The notes: generated by a model from the sequence alone, not told the origin. A stretch of 64,000 bases of DNA from a bacterium (GCA_965261595.1 CBDHDG010000004.1:871197-935196), one strand, 5' to 3'. Positions 9,971-21,252 are shown, counted from the stretch's first letter. Made by a program: numbers and translations.

Positions 9971-11652
9971 CCCGCATTTCCCATTTAGATCATAAGATTG
10001 GACAGACCGAAAGGCGCTTTTTCATGTAAAATCAGCGTGTTGGCTTCCCCCTGCCACGTTCTCGCGGGGGAACCCTATGGGTGAAGCGAAAAAGACGGCA
10101 TTGAGGGTCCATTTTACCCGCAGGCTGAGGCTTGACTTTCACGGAGCCAGAATCACTTCAGATGCAGGATTACTGGTCTGCCGGGAGTTGGATGATGCGC
10201 TGGGTTTGACGGTGAGAGCGCCAGCCCACTTGCAAGAGATCCGTCATGGCCGGAACGTCCAGCATGAGCTGGTGCCGCTATTGCGCCAGTCAGTCTATAG
10301 TCGCCTGGCCGGGTACGAGGACACCAACGATGCCGAGCGATTGGCGAGAGACCCTGCTATGCAAGCCGTAGTTGACCGGCGGGCACTTGAGAAGCAGGCG
10401 GCCAGTACCAACACATGGAGCCGGTTCGAGACGGAAGTTCTCTGCAGCGAGGAGAACCTGAGTAGGCTGAGGCAACTGAACGCGGAATGGGTAGAGCGGG
10501 CCATGAGCCGCACGCCGCATCAGCGGGTCATCCTGGACATGGATAGCTCGGAAAGCCGGGTGCACGGACAGCAGGAAGGGACTGCCTATAACGGTCACTT
10601 CGGTTCTCTGTGCTACCATCCCTTCTTCTGCTTCAACCAGTTTGGGGACTGCGAGGGGGCGATGTTGCGTCCGGGCAACGTTCACAGCGCCGATGGGTGG
10701 CGAAAGTTGTTGGAGCCCATCACGGCCCGCTATGAGCACGCTGATGTTAGCCGTTACTTTCGGGCCGATGCCGCCTTTCCGAGCCCCGAGGTCTATGAGT
10801 ACGTTGGAAGAGCGTGGCTTCCTCTACGCCATCCGGCTCCCTGCGAATGAAGTGCTCTACCAACGGATCGACTTCCTGCTGACCCGCCCGGTCGGTCGCC
10901 CGCCCAAGAGACCCATCATCTTCCATTACGACTTCCGGTATCAGGCTGGAAGCTGGGACCACCCCCGAGGGGTCGTGGCGAAGGTGGAATGGCACTCAGG
11001 CGAACTCTTCCCTCGCGTCGGATTCATTGTCACGAACCTGACGGCTCGACCCGAGGGGGTCGTGCACTTCTACAACCAGCAAGGCACAGCCGAGCAATGG
11101 ATCAAGGAAGGCAAGTACGCCCTGAACTGGACACGCCTTTCCTGTCACCGGTTCGTGTGCAACCAGGTGCGGCTCCTTCTCTTCGTCGTGGGGTACAACC
11201 TGGGCAATTTCCTGCGGAGGCTTGCCTTGGCCCAGGGGGCTCAAGCACTGGTCGCTGCGAAGCCTCCAGGTCAAGCTCATCAAAATGGGCGGCCGGATTG
11301 TGCGCCATGCCCGGCACATCATCTTTCAGTTGGCCGAGGTAGCCGTATCCAGGGAGGTGTTCGCTCTCATCCTGGACCGGATCAACCGATTGCGGCCCGT
11401 ACCTGTCTAACCGCTCTCAGCGCAGTCCACCCGAGGACATAATGGTGAATGTTCTGTCCCTTCCAGATGACCTGCTGGGAAGGCTCGCCTACCCGGAGGG
11501 GTGGCATGATTTTCAATGGTGGATAACGCTCCGATTAGGGTTTCAGGCACCTGAAATGGGATTGACAGGTCCGGGAGAGAGGGGTCTAATTGACTTAAAC
11601 AGCAACGAGGGGTCGGTACAGGCCTGTCCGGATTTGATATGGGAAATTCCGG
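9971..11652 (+). mobile_element. IS1380-family element, copy 1 (variant A)
   Basis: Ends CCCGCATTTCCCAT ... ATGGGAAATTCCGG. 5-bp target duplication GTTGG at 9966-9970 and 11653-11657. Confidence 0.93.
10077..11410 (+). pseudogene. IS1380 transposase with two frameshifts (~10805 and ~11230)
   Basis: Motifs ITSDAGLL, AGYEDTND, ILDMDSS, FRADAAF and AEQWIKEGK are spread over three frames. Confidence 0.9.
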
Positions 11653-11770
11653 GTTGGGGGAACGAACCACGATTATCCACTTGACACAGTAAGCCACCAT
11701 ATGTAGTGACCCACACGATTGATCCAAAACCACAAGATGTAGTAGGGTGAATTTTGAAATGGCTTGAGGG

Positions 11771-13179
11771 TGGAGTTACCCCGTTTCAGTGGACAGTTTA
11801 GGGCTGTCGTCCTCAGCCCTGAGGTGGGCGACAGCCGGTGGACGTACAGTCTTCTCCCTATCCGATAGATAGGGTGCCCCCGGGGGGTATGTCTTGACCT
11901 TTGGCTCGCTGCTCCGGGAAGCACCGGGGACGGCTCGAGCCGGACGATGAGCGTTGCGCACTGCACGTGGCGTTTCCTTCGCCACGGCGCGTTCGAAGTC
12001 GTTGGGGCTGAGGTAACCCAGGGCCGAATGACGACGGCGTGGGTTGTACCAGCCTTCGATGAATTGGAAGATCGCCATACGCGCTTCGGCCTGGGTACGG
12101 AACGAGCGCCGGTCGATGAGCTCGCACTCCAGCGTGGCGAAGAAGCTCTCGGCCATGGCGTTGTCGAAGCAATCCCCGGCCGACCCGGTCGACGGGCCAC
12201 CCCCATCTCCCGGCACCGCTTCCCAAAGGCAAGCGAGGTGTACTGCGAGCCCTGGTCGGAGTGATGTACGACCCCTTGGGGGCGGCGCTGTCCCAACGCC
12301 ATGTTCAGCGCCCCGAGCACCAGTTCGGTGCGAAGATGATGGGCTATCGACCATCCCACCACCCGGCGGCTGAACACGTCGAGCACGATGGCCAGGTACA
12401 CGAACCCCGCCCAGGTCGGCACGTAGGTGATGTCGGCCACCCAGATTCGGTCCGGCCCATCGGCCTGGAACTGGCGTTCGACCCGGTCCGGGACCACACA
12501 ATGGCTCTGGTCCACGCGCGTAGTGCGCATACCTCGGCGTCGGCTCACCCCGGCCAACCCTGCCTCGCGTATCAGACGAGCCACCCGTTTGCGGCTCACC
12601 CGGCAGCCGCCGGCCATCAGCTCGGCATGAACCCGAGGCGACCCGTAGGTGCCACCAGATGCCTCGTGGATGGCCCGTATCGTGCCCCCCAGCACCTCGT
12701 CGCGCTTCGCACGAGGAGAACGCCCACGGCCTCGCCACGCGTAGTACCCGCTGGGGGAGACGCCCAGCACCCGGCACATCGTGGCCCCCGATGATGGGCC
12801 TGATTCGCCTTCACGAGCTCGAGGACTTCGCCCGGACCGAGCCGGTCTCCCGAGCGAACCAGGCCGTAGCTTTTGCCAGTATCTCGTGTTCTTCGCGAAG
12901 CTGACGATTGTCCCGACGAAGCCGCCGTAGCTCCTCGAGCTCTGAGCTTGTCAGACCGTCCTCACGACGGCCCTCGTCGCGGTCGGCCTGGCGCACCCAG
13001 TTGCGAATCGCCGAAGCGGAACACTCGAACTCCCGGGCCAGCTCCCCGGGCGTACGGCCCGAGCGAACCAGCTCAACCATCTGGCGCCGGTATTCCGGCG
13101 CGTAGGGTGAATGAGTTTTCGGCATCTGAACACCTCCTCCGCACAGTCTGAAGGTGTCCACAAAAACGGGTCAACTCCA
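11771..13179 (-). mobile_element. IS3-family element (orfA 12811-13125; orfB ~11776-12810, frameshifted near 12200)
   Basis: TG...CA inverted repeats TGGAGTTACCCCGTTTCAGTGGACA and TGTCCACAAAAACGGGTCAACTCCA. OrfA HTH PYAPEYRRQMVEL. OrfB WVADITY, HHSDQGSQY, then DNAMAESFF in a shifted frame. No TSD. Confidence 0.9.
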
Positions 13180-13440
13180 CTGTTCAGTCCATCGGGAACG
13201 AGACTGTCGGTGGAGCACAGGCTGATTCCGACCAATCAGGTGATGCTGCTGGGTGTGGTGAAGTCGGTGTTCGTGCACACGGTTGGCGGCGAGGTGCAAG
13301 TGAGCCCTGCGCCCACGGCGAGCGAGGAGCGGGGAATCCCCATTCCGAACGACTTGGGTCTGTGCACGAGAGCGGACGAGCTGCTCTACTTCGAAACGCA
13401 TTTCCGGGATGTCATGGAGCGCAAGGGGCCCGGCGGATAG
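13180..13440 (+). pseudogene. 3' remnant of an unknown gene truncated by the IS3 element
   Basis: Open, coding-like frame from the IS end to the TAG at 13440, with no start codon or RBS of its own. Confidence 0.35.
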
Positions 13441-13565
13441 CGGAACCACACCCTTCGTGACAGGCGATGGTGCGGGGCGGCGAAGGGTTCGGCCGGCCGT
13501 GCGTGTCTCATCTCCCGTCATCGCTTACCGAGGGCGAGTAAAGTGCATTGGGCACTATCGGAGCG

Positions 13566-14226
13566 ATGAACGACCCCGTCGTGTTGCGCCCGCCCGGGCT
13601 CCACGCTCCCGCATGGGTGGACGGGCCGGTTCCGGGTTATGGTGAACGGTCGGTCCCGCGCTCCTGGAGAGTCTCGATGCTGTGCCGCGCTGCCATGAGA
13701 GGCTGGAAGACGGCGGACATTGGTGCATTCCGTACGCGAACTGGATTGCGCAGGGTATGTTCGATTTTGTCCGGGGCACGATCGATACCAGGGAGGCGTA
13801 CAAGCGCGCGGGCAAGGCGCCCGACGCTGCGGTAGCCGGATTCTCGTCCTGTCTTGTCATGTCGGTCGCGATGGTGGCGGAGATCTCCCTGAAGACCCTT
13901 CTGACGCAGGAAGGGAGGACGCCGCGGGATTTTCGGAAATGGGGCATGACCTGCGAACGCTGTATGGCAAGTTGACGGACGAAACGAAGGCAAAGATTAG
14001 GGTGAAGTACGACTCCCTGGGGAGGCCCTATCGCGACTGGAAGGGGCCGGACGAGCTTGAGGAGATACTTCGAAGAGAGAGGCATAACTTCGTGTCGTGG
14101 CGATACCTAGCAGAAGGCCACGATGCGTCGCTGACCAGCAACCCCTATCACCTGGCCGCGGTGGGCTATGCGGTGTTTTCAATCCATGTGGGCGAAACGG
14201 ACTTGCCGAAGATCGGCTCGCCATAG
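13566..14226 (+). pseudogene. HEPN-like domain protein, frameshifted
   Basis: AEISLKTLL (frame of 13682) joins GHDLRTLYGKL...NFVSWRYLAE (frame of 13720) through a slip in the G-run near 13941. The ExxLK / GHDL / FxxWRY pattern is typical of HEPN-fold proteins. Confidence 0.6.
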
Positions 14227-14233
14227 CCGGACG

Positions 14234-14419
14234 CGTCCGGGGAACGGTGCGACCGTGACCTGGCAGCCGGGGCGGATCACGGGGCGGGCCAGCGCCGTGG
14301 AAGTCTACAAGTTCGAGTCGACGGAGCTTCGGGCTCGGGACAGCATCCGGCGGACGCGCAACGACGCCGATTTGGGGCTCGTCAACAGCCAGACCGCCGA
14401 GGTGACGGCGGTCGCGGAT
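14234..14419 (+). pseudogene. Fragment of the helicase region of a MOBF/TrwC-type conjugative relaxase
   Basis: TVTWQPGRITG...AVEVYKFESTELRARDSIRRTRNDADLGLVNSQTAEVTAV resembles the 'VY...elxxGDxIRxTRNd..lgl.N...a.V' segment of TrwC/TraI helicases. Confidence 0.6.
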
Positions 14420-14494
14420 ATCTGGGACCCGTCGGTGCTTCGTATCGGACCCGATGATGAACCGACTCCCCGGCGACCCCGGCGCCGAGCGCAG

Positions 14495-14684
14495 CCGGCT
14501 ACACGATCTGTGGCACGGCTTCGCCTCGCGGGCGCTCGCACTCGGTGAGGGCCTCCCGATCATCGGCCGACTCCTCGGTCACCGCCGGGTCGAGACGACC
14601 GCGCGCTATGCGCACCTTGCGCGCGACTCGATCAGGGAATCCGCCGAGCGAATCGCCGTCAGCATCGCCGCCGATATCCTCTAG
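14495..14684 (+). pseudogene. Integrase C-terminal remnant 1
   Basis: RLHDLWHGFASRALALGEGLPIIGRLLGHRRVETTARYAHLARDS...AADIL*, clearly paralogous to the end of the 2132-3310 integrase. Confidence 0.85.
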
Positions 14685-14859
14685 GCGCTTCAATTCCGGT
14701 GACCCTAGCCACGTTCATGCTTCTTTTGCCAGAATGGCCCAAGCCGCATGCAGAACGCCGTCTAGCCCTTTGACTGTGCGGGCTTTCCTAGACCGCCAGG
14801 CTACGAAGTCCAACGCGCCCGTCATCGCTCCGCAAGCGGTTGGATTCAATCTGCTGTCC

Positions 14860-15150
14860 CTGGCCGGCGTCCTTTGGCACCTTGCCGGGCTCCCACCTCG
14901 CCGATCTGCAGCGACCCTGGCGGCGCATCCGCGAGCGCGCCGGGCTGGAAGATGTACGAATTCACGTTCTCCGACATTCTTTTGCTTCCCGTGCGCTGGC
15001 ACTGGGCGAAAGCGTTACGATGATCGGGAAGCTCCTGGGTCACACCCAAGTCCAAACGACGGCGCGATACGCGCATCTTGCCCGCGATTCCATCCAGACT
15101 GCCGCGCACAGATCACGAAAAGCATTGGGGCAATCTGGTGGCCGGCAATG
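14860..15150 (+). pseudogene. Integrase C-terminal remnant 2
   Basis: PWRRIRERAGLEDVRIHVLRHSFASRALALGESVTMIGKLLGHTQVQTTARYAHLARDS. Confidence 0.85.
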
Positions 15151-15196
15151 GTTCCGATCAAACCGCTCCGTAGCGCTCTACGGGGTCAATGACAAA

Positions 15197-15300
15197 GCTT
15201 CGCATCCTGGGTGCCGACGCGCGGCCAAAATTCCCTGGTCATCGGCAAAATGCTCGGTCACAGCCGGATCGAGACGGCGCGCTACGCCCATAAGGCATGC
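15197..15300 (+). pseudogene. Integrase C-terminal remnant 3 (degenerate)
   Basis: VIGKMLGHSRIETARYAH. Confidence 0.65.
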
Positions 15301-15732
15301 GACCCAATGACCAGCCGGCGTGCGTCGAGTAGTTCGGCTGCCTTGTCGGCGCCGCCGCGGGTAATAGCGGTAGACGGTAGTCAAGACTCCGGAACCGCTG
15401 GCCTCAAGCCACCACACCGTCTCGAAGAGCCCGACCGGGCAAGAGGGCGCGCTCCATCCGCCGCACGCGGAATCGGGATTTTCACGCCTGAATGTAACGT
15501 GGACGTGTCATTTGCAAAATCTTGCCGCATTTGACCGCGATTCCTACGACACTTGACGGCGGTTCCTGGAACACTTGACCGGGATTCCTGCGTGATTTGA
15601 CCGTCGGGGATGGGGCCCTGGTTCCCGCCCTGATGCTCTGCTCGGCGACTGTTTCGAGGTCAGCCGAGGTGCCGATTCTCTCCCCGCCTTGCCTCATCGA
15701 TCGATCGATCGAAGCGAGGAGGCAGAGGCTCG

Positions 15733-17325
15733 ATGAAGAGGACCGGCATGATCGACATCAAGGATATTCTTCGACACCGTCACGGCCACGGCCTGGCGCG
15801 GGCGGAGATTGCGGCCGCGACCGGGGTGAGCACCGGGACGGTGTCGCATGTTCTCGAACGGGCGTCGGCGGCGGGTCTGTCCTGGCCGTTTCCGCCCGAT
15901 CTCGACGATGAGGCGCTTCGGGCACGGCTCTACCCGGCGCCTGAGCGCGACAGCGGGCATGTGGAGCCCGACTGGGACGCGGTCATCGAAGAACTCAAGG
16001 CGCCTCGCAAGCGCCGCCGCGCCCGGCTGACCCGGCGCCAGCTCTGGGTCGAGTACCGCGACGAGGCGCTGGCGCGGGGCGGCACGGCCTACAGCTACAG
16101 TCGGTTCTGCGCGCGGCTCAAGGCACGGCTGAAGGACAGCACCGGGCAGGCGCAAATGCGCTTCGACTATGCGCCGGGGCTCTACGGCCTGTCCGACTTC
16201 TCCGGCAAGACGCTGGCGCTGCGCACCGGCCGCGGCGAGAAGGATGTGGAGATCTTCGTCGCGGTGCTGGCCCACTCCTGCCTGATCTACGCCGAGGCGG
16301 TGCCGAACCAGAGCGTGCGTCACTGGACGATGGCGCACCGCCGCGCGCTCGAGTACTTCGGCGGCGTCCCCGGGCGCTGGATCATCGACAACCTCAAGTC
16401 CGGGGTCGACAAGCCGGACCGCGAGCAGCCCCAGCTCAATCCGAGCTTCCGCGAGTTCGCGCGCCACTACAACGTCGCCGTGCTGCCTGCGCGCTCGGGG
16501 CGGCCCACCGACAAGGGGCTCGTGGAGTCGGCCGTCGGCGCGGTCCAGACGCGCATCCTGGTGGCGCTGCGCCATGAGACCTTCTTCTCGCTGGACACGA
16601 TGAACGCCGCGATCCGCCGCGAGCTCGACCGGCTCAACCACGCCCCCATGGCATGCGGCGAGAGCCGCCGCGCCGTGTTCGAGGCGAACGAGCGGGCGTC
16701 TCTCCAGCCCCTGCCGGCGAACCCCTGGGAGTGGGGCGAGTGGATCGACCGCAAGGTCGGGCCGAACTGCCATGTGTGCATCGAACGCAACTACTACTCG
16801 GTGCCCGACGGCAATATCGGCCGCAAGGTCGACGCGCGCCTCGGCGAGCGCATGGTCGAAGTGTTCCTCGAACGCGGCGGCGAGCGCCTCGCCGTCCATC
16901 TCCGCAAGGGCGGGCGCAACCAATACGCTACCCGGCCCGAGCACATGCCCGACCGTCTCAAGGCGGTGCGCGACATCCGCAAACCCGACTACGGCGACAT
17001 CCTGCTCGAACGGGCCCGCCGCATCGGGCCCAACGCCCTGACCTGGGCCGAGCGCTGCTTCGCCTCGCGCGACTTCCCCGAACAGGCCTTCGCCACCGTG
17101 CAGGGCATGATCCGCCTCGCCGAGGATCATGGCGGGCCGCGCCTCGACGCGCGCTGCGCCGAGGCCCTCGACCTCAACCGCCTCGCCTCCGGCTTCCTCA
17201 GGGAGCGGATCAAGAACGGCGGCGACGCGGCGCCGTCCCGCCCCGAAGCCGACGAGACCATCCCTGGCCACGCCAACATCCGCGGCGGCGCCTACTACAG
17301 CAACGATGAAGGAGCGACACCATGA
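15733..17325 (+). CDS. istA: IS21 transposase IstA
   Basis: N-terminal HTH, YSYSRFC, SDFSG, IIDNLKSGV, PTDKGLVESAV, YYSVP and C-terminal HANIRGGAYY. Confidence 0.93.
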   Translation: MKRTGMIDIKDILRHRHGHGLARAEIAAATGVSTGTVSHVLERASAAGLSWPFPPDLDDEALRARLYPAPERDSGHVEPDWDAVIEELKAPRKRRRARLTRRQLWVEYRDEALARGGTAYSYSRFCARLKARLKDSTGQAQMRFDYAPGLYGLSDFSGKTLALRTGRGEKDVEIFVAVLAHSCLIYAEAVPNQSVRHWTMAHRRALEYFGGVPGRWIIDNLKSGVDKPDREQPQLNPSFREFARHYNVAVLPARSGRPTDKGLVESAVGAVQTRILVALRHETFFSLDTMNAAIRRELDRLNHAPMACGESRRAVFEANERASLQPLPANPWEWGEWIDRKVGPNCHVCIERNYYSVPDGNIGRKVDARLGERMVEVFLERGGERLAVHLRKGGRNQYATRPEHMPDRLKAVRDIRKPDYGDILLERARRIGPNALTWAERCFASRDFPEQAFATVQGMIRLAEDHGGPRLDARCAEALDLNRLASGFLRERIKNGGDAAPSRPEADETIPGHANIRGGAYYSNDEGATP

Positions 17326-18083
17326 CCCTGCGACAACCCAATATCAAACGCATGCTGCAACTCGGCCTCTCCGGCATGGCCGAGGCCATGGAGGAGCAGC
17401 ACGACATCGCCGACATCGAGCAGCTTGGCTTCGACGACCGCCTCGCCATGCTGCTCGAGCGCGAAGCCCAGCACCGCGACCACAAGAGCTATCTCGGCCA
17501 TCTGCGCCAGGCCCAACTGCGCATCCGCGCCGACATCCAGGACGTCGACTGCCGCGCCGGCCGCGGCATCGCCCGCACCACGCTGACCCAGCTCGCCGCC
17601 GGCGACTGGATCCGCCAGGCCCTCAATCTGATCATCGAAGGCCCGACCGGGTCGGGGAAAACGTTCCTCGCCTGCGCGCTCGCCCATCAGGCCTGCCGCC
17701 AGAAACAGCCCGTCCTCTACCGCCGCGTCCCCAAACTGGTCGCGGCGCTCACCCGTGCCCGCGATAAAGGCACACACGACCGTCTGATGCGCCGCCTCGC
17801 CAAGGTCTCCCTGCTGGTCCTCGACGACTGGGGGCTGCAGGGCTTCTCCGCGGAGGGCCGGCGCGACCTGCTGGAGATCGTCGAGGCGCGCCACGGACGC
17901 AAGTCCATCCTCATCGCCAGCCAAATCCCCGTGGAGCAGTGGCCAAGTGTGATCGGAGAACCCACGATCGCGGACGCTGTACTCGACCGCATTATTCACA
18001 ACGCCTACCGCATCGACCTCAAGGGCGAGTCCCAGCGCAAGCGCAACAAGCCGCCGCCGCTCGACGTAGGCAACGACAAATGA
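17322..18083 (+). CDS. istB: IS21 helper ATPase IstB
   Basis: GPTGSGKT, LLVLDDWG, SQIP and ADAVLDRIIH...GESQR. ATGA overlap with istA. Confidence 0.95.
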   Translation: MTLRQPNIKRMLQLGLSGMAEAMEEQHDIADIEQLGFDDRLAMLLEREAQHRDHKSYLGHLRQAQLRIRADIQDVDCRAGRGIARTTLTQLAAGDWIRQALNLIIEGPTGSGKTFLACALAHQACRQKQPVLYRRVPKLVAALTRARDKGTHDRLMRRLAKVSLLVLDDWGLQGFSAEGRRDLLEIVEARHGRKSILIASQIPVEQWPSVIGEPTIADAVLDRIIHNAYRIDLKGESQRKRNKPPPLDVGNDK

Positions 18084-18434
18084 GGGTGCCCCGGCCTGAC
18101 GGCCGGGGTCCAGGGGCGCCTGCGGCGCCGTTCCCGGCCGCAATACCGGGGCACGCGGCGGCATGCTGAATGTGAGAGCTTGCCGCCGCGCCCGGCGACG
18201 CTTTACAGGTCGATCCAGGCTCGCTTACGCTCGCATCGGGCCGGCCTCCGGCCAGCCCCCTCAAACCAATAACGGAGGAACCCCACAACAAACCCGGGAG
18301 AGAAGCGCCTCGGCGCCCAATCCGCGCGATCCAATCAGGCCAGATCCGACGGTCAAATCACGCAGGAATCCCGGTCAAGTGTTCCAGGAACCGCCGTCAA
18401 GTGCGCAAGAATCCGCAGTATTCCTAGAATTGAG

Positions 18435-18483
18435 CCAGATATAGAGAAAATGTCCTTCCAGACCGCCATATCTGGTGTATAGT
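18435..18483 (+). promoter_or_regulatory. Candidate promoter/operator of the RHH-R-M operon
   Basis: Perfect 8-bp inverted repeat CCAGATAT (18435-18442) and ATATCTGG (18468-18475) immediately before a TATAGT -10-like hexamer (18478-18483). Confidence 0.4.
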
Positions 18484-18494
18484 AGTAGGATCAT

Positions 18495-18719
18495 ATGCAT
18501 CACTTGTATGAGCAGCCGATGCCGAACCGAAAGAAAGCCAGACCTATGAAGCGCGTAACTGTTACGGTAGACCCTGACGATTACGCGGCACTGCTTCAAC
18601 TTGCCCAGCGGAGCGACGTGAGCGCATCGTGGCTGATCCGCCGCTCAATGCGCGAGTTTTTGCAGCGGCACCACAACGATCATCGGATTGATGTCATACT
18701 TGATCGGGAAATCGCCTGA
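18495..18719 (+). CDS. CopG/ribbon-helix-helix transcriptional regulator
   Basis: [39 protein letters not shown] is a beta-strand plus two helices RHH pattern. AGGA RBS. Its stop overlaps the MTase start (TGATG). Confidence 0.8.
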   Translation: MHHLYEQPMPNRKKARPMKRVTVTVDPDDYAALLQLAQRSDVSASWLIRRSMREFLQRHHNDHRIDVILDREIA

Positions 18720-20437
18720 TGGCCAGGCTGTCTTCCGCACGACAGGCATCGCTGCCCGGCCTGTGTCCAGTGGCTGATGCTGTCGCGCTCTTTTCCGCCT
18801 CCGGATTTGAGCAACGAGGCGCGATCTACACCAGGCGGGAAGTTATCGAATTCATTCTCGATCTTGCTGGGTACACGTCTGACCGCCCACTCTATAGGTA
18901 CAGTGTGCTTGAACCATCTTTCGGTGACGGCGATTTCCTGCAAGTCATAATCGACCGCCTGCTAAAAAGCTGGCAGCAGAGCGATTCTCGCGGCGATCTC
19001 TTTGCCGCGCTAGCGCCGTGCATTCGCGGCGTCGAGCTAAACCACCTGTCTTTCAGGAGCACCCGAAGCAAGGTGATCGCATGGCTCAAAGAGTCAGGTA
19101 TCGCAGCCGACAAGGCGAAACGTCTTGCCGAGTCATGGCTTGTCCAGGGTGATTTCCTGCTGTCTGCACTGCCCGACTCTTTCGACTTTGTTGTCGGCAA
19201 TCCACCGTATGTGCGCCAGGAACTGATTCCCGATACTTTGATCGCCGAATATCGTTCACGATACCGCACCGTGTTCGATCGCGCCGACATCTATATTCCC
19301 TTCATCGAGCGGTCCCTTACATTGCTAACGTCCGGTGGAACGCTGGGTTTAATCTGCGCCGACCGCTGGATGAAAAACCGGTATGGCGGCCCGTTGCGCC
19401 AGTTGGTGGCCGAAGGCTATCATCTTAAAGTTTACGTCGATATGACCGACACGCCAGCGTTTCACGCTGACGTAATCGCTTATCCTGCGATCACGATCAT
19501 TACCAAGGAAAAACCGGGCAAGACGAGGATCGCCCACCGCCCGACCATCGAAAAGACCGTGCTGGATGCCTTGGCGCAGCAAATCCGCGACGAAAAAACG
19601 CCGCCGCTTGGAGGTTCGGTGTTCGAAATGAACGATGTCGCCGCTGGAGCGCAACCTTGGATTCTGGCATCGCCAAACAAGCTCACACTCATCCGCAGGC
19701 TTGAACGCGACTTTCCTACCATCGAGCAGGCTGGCTGCAAGGTCGGTATTGGTGTGGCGACCGGTGCTGACAAAGCCTTTATTGGTCCAATGAACGAGCT
19801 GGATGTGGAGGATGACCGGAAACTTCCGCTCGCCATGACCCGCGATATCGACAGCGGCCAGGTGAAGTGGCGCGGCCTTGGGATTATAAATCCATTCGCC
19901 GATAGTGGCGGCCTTGTCGATTTGAATGATTATCCCCGTCTAAACAAATATCTCGAAGAGCGGCGTGAGCAAATTGCAAAAAGACATGTTGCGCGGAAAA
20001 CTCCGGCCAATTGGTACCGGACCATTGACCGCATCTATCCGGCGCTTGCAACCAAACCAAAGCTACTTATCCCCGATATCAAGGGCGATGCTCATATTGT
20101 CTACGAAGACGGGCTCCTGTACCCGCATCACAATCTTTATTTCATCGTTTCAAACGATTGGGATTTGAGGGCGCTGCGCGCCGTGCTGTGCTCAGGCATC
20201 GCCAGGATGTTTGTATCGATCTACGCGACCCGGATGCGGGGCGGTTATCTACGTTTTCAGGCGCAATATCTGCGGCGCATTCGGCTTCCGCTCTGGCAAG
20301 ACGTTTCTGTCTCCCTTAAGACCACACTTGCCGAGGCGGCGGCACGCAATGACGCAGATGCGTGCACCAACGCTGTCGAGAAGCTTTATGACCTTTCACA
20401 AGATGAACGTGCCGCAATCGACGGCATCGGCGAATAG
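18719..20437 (+). CDS. Type II N6-adenine DNA methyltransferase (gamma class; Eco57I/TaqI-like, PaeR7I/XhoI type)
   Basis: [40 protein letters not shown] and C-terminal [16 protein letters not shown]. Confidence 0.93.
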   Translation: MARLSSARQASLPGLCPVADAVALFSASGFEQRGAIYTRREVIEFILDLAGYTSDRPLYRYSVLEPSFGDGDFLQVIIDRLLKSWQQSDSRGDLFAALAPCIRGVELNHLSFRSTRSKVIAWLKESGIAADKAKRLAESWLVQGDFLLSALPDSFDFVVGNPPYVRQELIPDTLIAEYRSRYRTVFDRADIYIPFIERSLTLLTSGGTLGLICADRWMKNRYGGPLRQLVAEGYHLKVYVDMTDTPAFHADVIAYPAITIITKEKPGKTRIAHRPTIEKTVLDALAQQIRDEKTPPLGGSVFEMNDVAAGAQPWILASPNKLTLIRRLERDFPTIEQAGCKVGIGVATGADKAFIGPMNELDVEDDRKLPLAMTRDIDSGQVKWRGLGIINPFADSGGLVDLNDYPRLNKYLEERREQIAKRHVARKTPANWYRTIDRIYPALATKPKLLIPDIKGDAHIVYEDGLLYPHHNLYFIVSNDWDLRALRAVLCSGIARMFVSIYATRMRGGYLRFQAQYLRRIRLPLWQDVSVSLKTTLAEAAARNDADACTNAVEKLYDLSQDERAAIDGIGE

Positions 20438-20445
20438 AGGTACGC

Positions 20446-21183
20446 ATGGCAATCGATCTTGCCGATTACGAACGTAAGGCCCGAAAAGCCGTCCAGATGT
20501 TCTGGGGTACTCGCGAGACGGCGCGTCAGAACCAGATCAAATCCGGCAGAGCCGACCAGGGCGAACGCGCCGGCGTGACGGCCGGGAAGAACATGGACGG
20601 CTTTATCGCCCTTGTCATCGACATCGTACGGTCCAATGGGCTGAATCACGCCGACATCCATCAACAGCGACGGGTGCTGACACTGCCAGGCTATTTTCGG
20701 CCAACGAAGTTGTGGGACCTTCTGGTTATCAATAACGGCCGCCTGATCGCGGCACTGGAATTCAAGAGCCAGGTCGGCCCATCCTTTGGCAACAATTTCA
20801 ATAACCGCACCGAAGAAGCGATTGGTACCGCACATGATCTGTGGACCGCCTACCGGGAAGGAGCATTTGGCGAGCAAGCACGCCCCTTCGTCGGTTGGCT
20901 GATGTTGCTGGAAGATGCACCGGCATCGCGCTCATCAGTACGCGATTCATCGCCTCATTTTCAAGTCTTCAAGGAGTTTCGGGGCGCCTCGTACGCTGAA
21001 CGTTACAAGATCCTGTGCCAGAAGCTGGTTCAAGAGCAGCTTTACACGACAGCTTCGATAATCACATCGTCCCGTACGGCTTTCAAGGACGGTGCATATT
21101 CAGAGCAGAGTGATATGACCGGTCTGCGCACCTTTGTTACCGGACTGGGAGGCCATGTCGCCGCCGAGGCGGCGAGATCTTGA
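20446..21183 (+). CDS. PaeR7I/XhoI-family type II restriction endonuclease (family recognises CTCGAG)
   Basis: [30 protein letters not shown] and [25 protein letters not shown] are characteristic of the XhoI family. Directly downstream of the MTase. Confidence 0.92.
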   Translation: MAIDLADYERKARKAVQMFWGTRETARQNQIKSGRADQGERAGVTAGKNMDGFIALVIDIVRSNGLNHADIHQQRRVLTLPGYFRPTKLWDLLVINNGRLIAALEFKSQVGPSFGNNFNNRTEEAIGTAHDLWTAYREGAFGEQARPFVGWLMLLEDAPASRSSVRDSSPHFQVFKEFRGASYAERYKILCQKLVQEQLYTTASIITSSRTAFKDGAYSEQSDMTGLRTFVTGLGGHVAAEAARS

Positions 21184-21252
21184 TCTGCTCCTGCTGCCCA
21201 GCCTGTCGCTTAGCTGGTGCCCTCGCATACCCTCGCCGGAGGCTGTTGGCTG

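Larger units (their letters stand above)
15513..18417 (+). mobile_element. IS21-family element
   Basis: TG...CA ends (TGCAAAATCTTGCCGCATTTGACC versus the reverse complement TGCGGATTCTTGCGCACTTGACG). A perfect inverted repeat of ~58 bp (15550-15607 and 18346-18403) is built from ~22-bp subrepeats. The element encloses istA-istB. Confidence 0.92.

Noticed and set aside
15513..15610. ~22-bp periodic repeats (TTGAC..G.TTCCT) resembling a mini CRISPR array or iterons
   Set aside because: They are mirrored at 18346-18417, have no unique spacers, and are the multiple terminal repeats of the IS21 element; no cas genes are present.
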